A stretch of DNA of 64,000 bases from Spirochaetaceae bacterium (GTDB lineage: Bacteria; Spirochaetota; Spirochaetia; CADAEX01). Below the pieces are notes generated by a model that saw nothing but the letters and a program-made list of their open reading frames with translations, did no database searches and was not told where the DNA came from. The stretch spans positions 3,769 to 67,768 of the forward strand of contig WQZP01000012.1 of assembly GCA_009780675.1 (NCBI GenBank), given 5' to 3'. This document shows positions 59,982-64,000 of the stretch, one piece after another (the first letter of the stretch is position 1; each line of letters opens with the position of its first letter). The translations under genes and the position numbers were made by a program.

Positions 59982-60740
59982 TCACCAGCCATCTCTCATA
60001 TCATCAATATCTCTGCTCTCCTCGGCAAATAAGTCTGTAACAGCTCTAAGATCATCAAAATAAATATAGTACACTCCCCACGTATCAAGAAGATCACAGT
60101 CTACTCTAAATCCGTTAAACTTTATCCCTTGTAGATTAGTAGTACGAAAATCTTGCTGCACAATCTCTGGAGGAACAGCGACTGTAAGCCTTCTCCACCC
60201 TGAAAAATTGAGTCTTCCTACTACAAGTTCTTTATGTTGATTATTATAATCCAACAAAAGTATACTTAAAGTATGATCACTATTTCTTCCAGCAACCCAA
60301 ACAGAAAGTGTTTTTGTTATCCCAGGAATTGGTATAGGCCTGGTTGGCAATAATGCGAAGGAATGGACTCCTCTTCTTAGATATTCTACTTTAAGACCAA
60401 TAACATATATATCCTGCTCGTTTATCCCATGTCGCACTTCATCTTCTATTGGCACTTTGCCAAGAGGAGAACCACGAAGCCTCCTCATAGTCACAAAGCC
60501 ATCATCGTGTGACATAAATGTCCTAAAAAATCCCGGATTTTCAAATTTAGTCACTGATACTTCTTTAAGCCTTTGCTGAGCAGAAGTAACGCCTATATTT
60601 TCCGGCGCCGGGCTACCTGCAGGGCGTGTTTGTGCTTGAGTCTGTGCAAATACCAAGCAAGGAAAAATAGTTGCTACAACTAAAAGAATCAATATTTTTC
60701 TAAAACTATTCATTAATTTCCCTCCACGGCAGAGCCCCAA
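59982..60740 (-). CDS. secreted protein, possible FlaA-family (periplasmic flagellar filament outer-layer) paralog
   Basis: Signal peptide. GRLNFSGWRRL and C-terminal YIYFDDLRAVTD are reminiscent of spirochete FlaA. This is an unverified recollection. Confidence 0.3.
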   Translation of the reverse strand: MGLCRGGKLMNSFRKILILLVVATIFPCLVFAQTQAQTRPAGSPAPENIGVTSAQQRLKEVSVTKFENPGFFRTFMSHDDGFVTMRRLRGSPLGKVPIEDEVRHGINEQDIYVIGLKVEYLRRGVHSFALLPTRPIPIPGITKTLSVWVAGRNSDHTLSILLLDYNNQHKELVVGRLNFSGWRRLTVAVPPEIVQQDFRTTNLQGIKFNGFRVDCDLLDTWGVYYIYFDDLRAVTDLFAEESRDIDDMRDGW

Positions 60741-61447
60741 ATTCTTTGTACATTTTCGGGGTTTGCAAGATCATCACCATCAAATCTTGTTACAAACATA
60801 TCTGTTAATACTTTAATCTGATCAAGATAAACATAAAAATTATCTACTCTTTCCCAAGGTCTTGTCCATATAACAAACTTCATAAGGGACAATGGCGCAG
60901 CATGAGGTACCTGCCTCCTTCCCTGTGATATTCTGCCAGGAATTGAAACCCTTAGGTTTTGCCACCCTGTATGCATTATAGTACCAAGATCAAGAACATG
61001 TATAAAACCTCTCTGATCCATTAGATGAACTTCCATATAAAAGTCATGCATAGATCCCCACACCCACAAATCCAGCATCTGTACTATTCCTGGTATTGGA
61101 ATTCCTGTAAAATTACCTTCTTCGTCTCTTATATCCGGAATCACTTCAATGTAATTAAATCCCTGCCTGTCAAATTTGCCCCATATACCAAGAACTCTAT
61201 AATCAATGCCTTCTCTGTTGGCTCCATGCAATGCCTCTGGCCATGCTGTTGGGAAAGCCACTTTAGGAAACCCAGGAGTAGCAAATTTACTACCTACTAC
61301 TATCCAATTATTTTCCTGTGGCGTATCAAAATCATCCAGAATAATCGACACCAAGTTTAGTGTTCTATCAGTATTAGCTGCTATTGGAAAAACGAGCAGC
61401 ATAAACATTAAAATGAATAAGCCAAAAAACAAACTGGCTCGCCTCAT
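60713..61447 (-). CDS. secreted paralog of 59982-60740 (FlaA-like?)
   Basis: Signal peptide. Shared motifs (IILDDFDT.., HTGWQNLRV, YVYLDQIKVLTD). Overlaps its partner by 28 nt. Confidence 0.3.
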   Translation of the reverse strand: MRRASLFFGLFILMFMLLVFPIAANTDRTLNLVSIILDDFDTPQENNWIVVGSKFATPGFPKVAFPTAWPEALHGANREGIDYRVLGIWGKFDRQGFNYIEVIPDIRDEEGNFTGIPIPGIVQMLDLWVWGSMHDFYMEVHLMDQRGFIHVLDLGTIMHTGWQNLRVSIPGRISQGRRQVPHAAPLSLMKFVIWTRPWERVDNFYVYLDQIKVLTDMFVTRFDGDDLANPENVQRIWGSAVEGN

Positions 61448-61542
61448 TATTCCTCTCCTTTTGCGAAAAGTACCGCTTTCTTATTTATCTGATTATATTT
61501 CTAACAAGATTCTTTGTCAAATATATTTTCCAACCTTCATTT

Positions 61543-62463
61543 TCATCGAAAGAAAGAAAAAACAGATACATAACTTATTCCTTTTTCGGTACTTTTACCC
61601 ATAATTTTGAACATTTTATGTAAAGTTTTTTTATAATCATAACTTAAAGAGGCAGAAGAAGTTGTTTCAGTATTTACATAGAAACTTTGCCTTAAATTGC
61701 GGCTGTTAACATAGTCAAAAAAAATAACTTTTCCGTCAGATTCTGTAATCAGACTTCTGGCCCCGGGTGATAATCTTCTTATACATAATATATTTATTGA
61801 ACCATCCTTAAAATGCTCTGAATTTCTTCCCATACCTCCGGCAAAAGGCAATTTATTAACACTGCCTGCGCTTTGAGAATAAAATTTTTCTGTTAATAAA
61901 GATATAAGAGTGCTTTCAGGCTCAACAGAGCCTACTCTTTCATATATTGATTCAGGCATAAAAAAAACAAGTTCTTTAAATCTGTTTAGAAAATGCCTAA
62001 GTCTTTCTTCATTAGATATAGATTTGAAAACAGTTATTGGATTTTCGCTCTGCTCATAGTCAAAAAGAGGTCCATAAATATATAATATGCTATTATTAAA
62101 AAAATTATTATATTCTTCATTACTTTTAAGCATTGAATACAAATATGCGGTTATAACGATTTTTCTTCTTTTATCTCTATCAGAAAGATTTTCAAAAATT
62201 TCGGGGAAATTTCCATATTGCGCTTCAATAGGTTTAATAAAAAGCTGATGCTTTATCCCAGCTCTTTTTATTTGTGAAATGTCAAGGTTTGAAATTTTTA
62301 TTGTATAAGGATCATAAATAAACAGTACTCTTTGGCTAAAAATAACAAAACTTAAAACAGCTATAAAAATTGCGATTACCGGAATTATAACAGGCACAAT
62401 TATTTGAGAAAGTGATACTTTTATATTTTTTTGTAATAATTCTATTTTTTCTTCAAAAAACAT
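61543..62463 (-). CDS. membrane-anchored hypothetical protein
   Basis: Single N-terminal TM (IIVPVIIPVIAIFIAVLSFVIF). Confidence 0.35.
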   Translation of the reverse strand: MFFEEKIELLQKNIKVSLSQIIVPVIIPVIAIFIAVLSFVIFSQRVLFIYDPYTIKISNLDISQIKRAGIKHQLFIKPIEAQYGNFPEIFENLSDRDKRRKIVITAYLYSMLKSNEEYNNFFNNSILYIYGPLFDYEQSENPITVFKSISNEERLRHFLNRFKELVFFMPESIYERVGSVEPESTLISLLTEKFYSQSAGSVNKLPFAGGMGRNSEHFKDGSINILCIRRLSPGARSLITESDGKVIFFDYVNSRNLRQSFYVNTETTSSASLSYDYKKTLHKMFKIMGKSTEKGISYVSVFSFFR

Positions 62464-62530
62464 TTAAAAATGCCCCCTCCAAGGGGGCACCGAGGCTAAT
62501 GCCTTATTGAATAGCCCATTAATAAAGGAA

Positions 62531-63814
62531 TTAATCGTCAAAATCTCCAGCAGGACCTCTATCTGTGGATAGCTTTGCTGCTTTTTCTGCAATCTTCGCA
62601 GGAGTCCATGCTGCAGCATCTTCTACTTTATTGACCTTTGGGCCAAGATCATAAGAGCCTGCTTTAAGGATCGCATCTATTGCAAGAGGCGCAGTATCTT
62701 TTGCATTAAAAACATTTACAAGCATATTGTATACAAAATCTTCAACATCTTTTGCCATTCTGTCTCTTATTTCTTTGTTTTGCCCGCAGAACTTATTCTC
62801 AAAAGGGAGGTTGAGGCTTTTATAGTCCCCTTTTTTCCAACCTTTTTCATTTGCATAAGCAACAACAGAAGCCCACATCTCTTCAGAAGCCCCTTTTCCC
62901 TTTACTTTTGTAAATTTCCCTTCTTTATCTATAATTGCATTGCCATAATCATTTACTTCAACTCCCCAGGAGATCATTTGAAGCGCTGTTGCAACATTTG
63001 CTTTTGTTGTATGGGTATTTTGGGCAATTTCACGAAGTTTATCCGAGCTATTACCAGAAGTTCCGTGCTGCGCTCCTGACATTTTATATTTTTCAAGTGC
63101 TTTGTGGATTTCTGCTGTAAGTTCAACCTGGATCCCGGAAGCGCTTGCTTCGATCCCATGTGTTGTTCCATTGTTTAAAGCGATCCAGTCCGGGAATACG
63201 CCATTTGCATTAAGGCCTGCAATCTGAAAAACAGCTTCTATAGGTGTTGAAAGCCCTTGATCCCCTTTTATTTCTCCAACTTCTGTTTCAAGTCCTGCCC
63301 ATGCTGGTACATACTTGCAAAGCTCGATATTTGCAAGGAGGTTTTTGTCTTCTGGAAGATGTGACGCATCAATTGCAATTGAAGTTATCCCTGCATCAAA
63401 CATACTTGGAATTTCTACTTTTGCAATTTCAATATCTTTATCGCTCTTAATCCCATAATGATCTGCATGCACTGCAACAGGAACCGTAATACCAAGTTCA
63501 TTACACATCTGGTCAACAAACATTGCCATGTTCCAGAAGCTTACTGGGCAGTAGTTTGATTCTGATTTTGCAATCTCAATTATTATGGCTGCATTTGCTT
63601 TTTGAGCTGCCATTAACGAACCCTTAATAATAAAGCTGCTTCTCCCGTTTGCAGCAATTGTCATTGCTTTGCCTTTGGCAATCATTGCTCTGTCAATAAC
63701 TTTGCCACTTACAATAAGCGCTTTTGAATTTGGAAAAAGCTTTTTTATGTTTGGCGGTCGCCCTATTTCCAATGCTTTTTCAAAATTATCATTTTTGCTA
63801 CAACAATTTCCCAT
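62531..63814 (-). CDS. class II fructose/ketose-bisphosphate aldolase-family protein (long form)
   Basis: AVHADHYG (compare HTDHC). IDASHLPEDKNLLANIELCKY..ETEVGEI (compare IDLSEESLQENIEICSKY..EIELG). HGTSGNS (compare HGGSGS). Confidence 0.55.
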   Translation of the reverse strand: MGNCCSKNDNFEKALEIGRPPNIKKLFPNSKALIVSGKVIDRAMIAKGKAMTIAANGRSSFIIKGSLMAAQKANAAIIIEIAKSESNYCPVSFWNMAMFVDQMCNELGITVPVAVHADHYGIKSDKDIEIAKVEIPSMFDAGITSIAIDASHLPEDKNLLANIELCKYVPAWAGLETEVGEIKGDQGLSTPIEAVFQIAGLNANGVFPDWIALNNGTTHGIEASASGIQVELTAEIHKALEKYKMSGAQHGTSGNSSDKLREIAQNTHTTKANVATALQMISWGVEVNDYGNAIIDKEGKFTKVKGKGASEEMWASVVAYANEKGWKKGDYKSLNLPFENKFCGQNKEIRDRMAKDVEDFVYNMLVNVFNAKDTAPLAIDAILKAGSYDLGPKVNKVEDAAAWTPAKIAEKAAKLSTDRGPAGDFDD

Positions 63815-64000
63815 TTTTTCCTCCGGATTTATTTATAATTTAATTATATTTCCACAAAGCCATATTAGACAGCTTCGCCTATTATACTCCTCTATCCCTA
63901 TAATAAAAATACAACCCTGGTGCAATTATTACAATAATTATAATAAAAGAAACAAAAGGGTATCTAATATAATAGAAAAAAGGCACTAATGCTAAAATAA

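Overview
This is a 64 kb AT-rich bacterial chromosomal segment with a few GC-richer blocks (about 12.4-14.5 kb, 15.8-24.5 kb, and a 170-bp GC island at 47.8 kb). The gene content suggests a spirochete, probably Treponema-like: a BspA-type leucine-rich-repeat (LRR) surface-protein family, FlaA-like paralogs, an Msp-like porin and a hybrid histidine kinase. That assignment is inference only.

Contents in order:
- (i) exbB-exbD.
- (ii) A mosaic accessory region at 2.1-9.6 kb. Three LRR genes, two of them tandem paralogs, and four type II toxin-antitoxin modules are interleaved with re-used sequence fragments. Two of the toxins are truncated. The re-used fragments are a ~150-bp copy of the exbD 3' end, a 48-bp leader, and a GC-rich ~110-bp LRR 3'-UTR element present three times.
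- (iii) A tight five-gene minus-strand operon at 9.6-14.9 kb encoding cell-envelope lipoproteins. Three have LPP20/LpoB/CsgG-like (LppaM-clan) folds, one of which is fused to a C-terminal beta-barrel. The operon also encodes a glycine-zipper + SAM + SH3b protein and a small secreted protein. An XRE regulator is divergently transcribed. This is my best candidate for an undescribed envelope system.
- (iv) A housekeeping block: M15 peptidase, permease, DUF362 protein, Slt lytic transglycosylase, a GlpA-like/FAD-oxidoreductase/DUF1667 trio, and a secreted flavodoxin.
- (v) A vitamin B12 uptake locus: cobalamin riboswitch > btuB-like TonB-dependent receptor > tonB, then a tandem HD-GYP protein, btuC, btuD, an unknown 958-aa secreted HExxH/beta-propeller protein, and a convergent btuF-like binding protein.
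- (vi) pyrC, folD, panB, coaBC, an archaeal-type phosphopantothenate synthetase + pantoate kinase pair, panE and folE.
- (vii) An SplB-like radical-SAM gene overlapping a degenerate ParB-like gene.
- (viii) VapBC and a DUF2442 protein.
- (ix) Porin, HAD hydrolase, enolase, an OmpA-family protein, a 1219-aa hybrid histidine kinase, two FlaA-like secreted paralogs, a membrane protein, and a class II aldolase.

No rRNA, tRNA, CRISPR array, integrase or transposase was seen.
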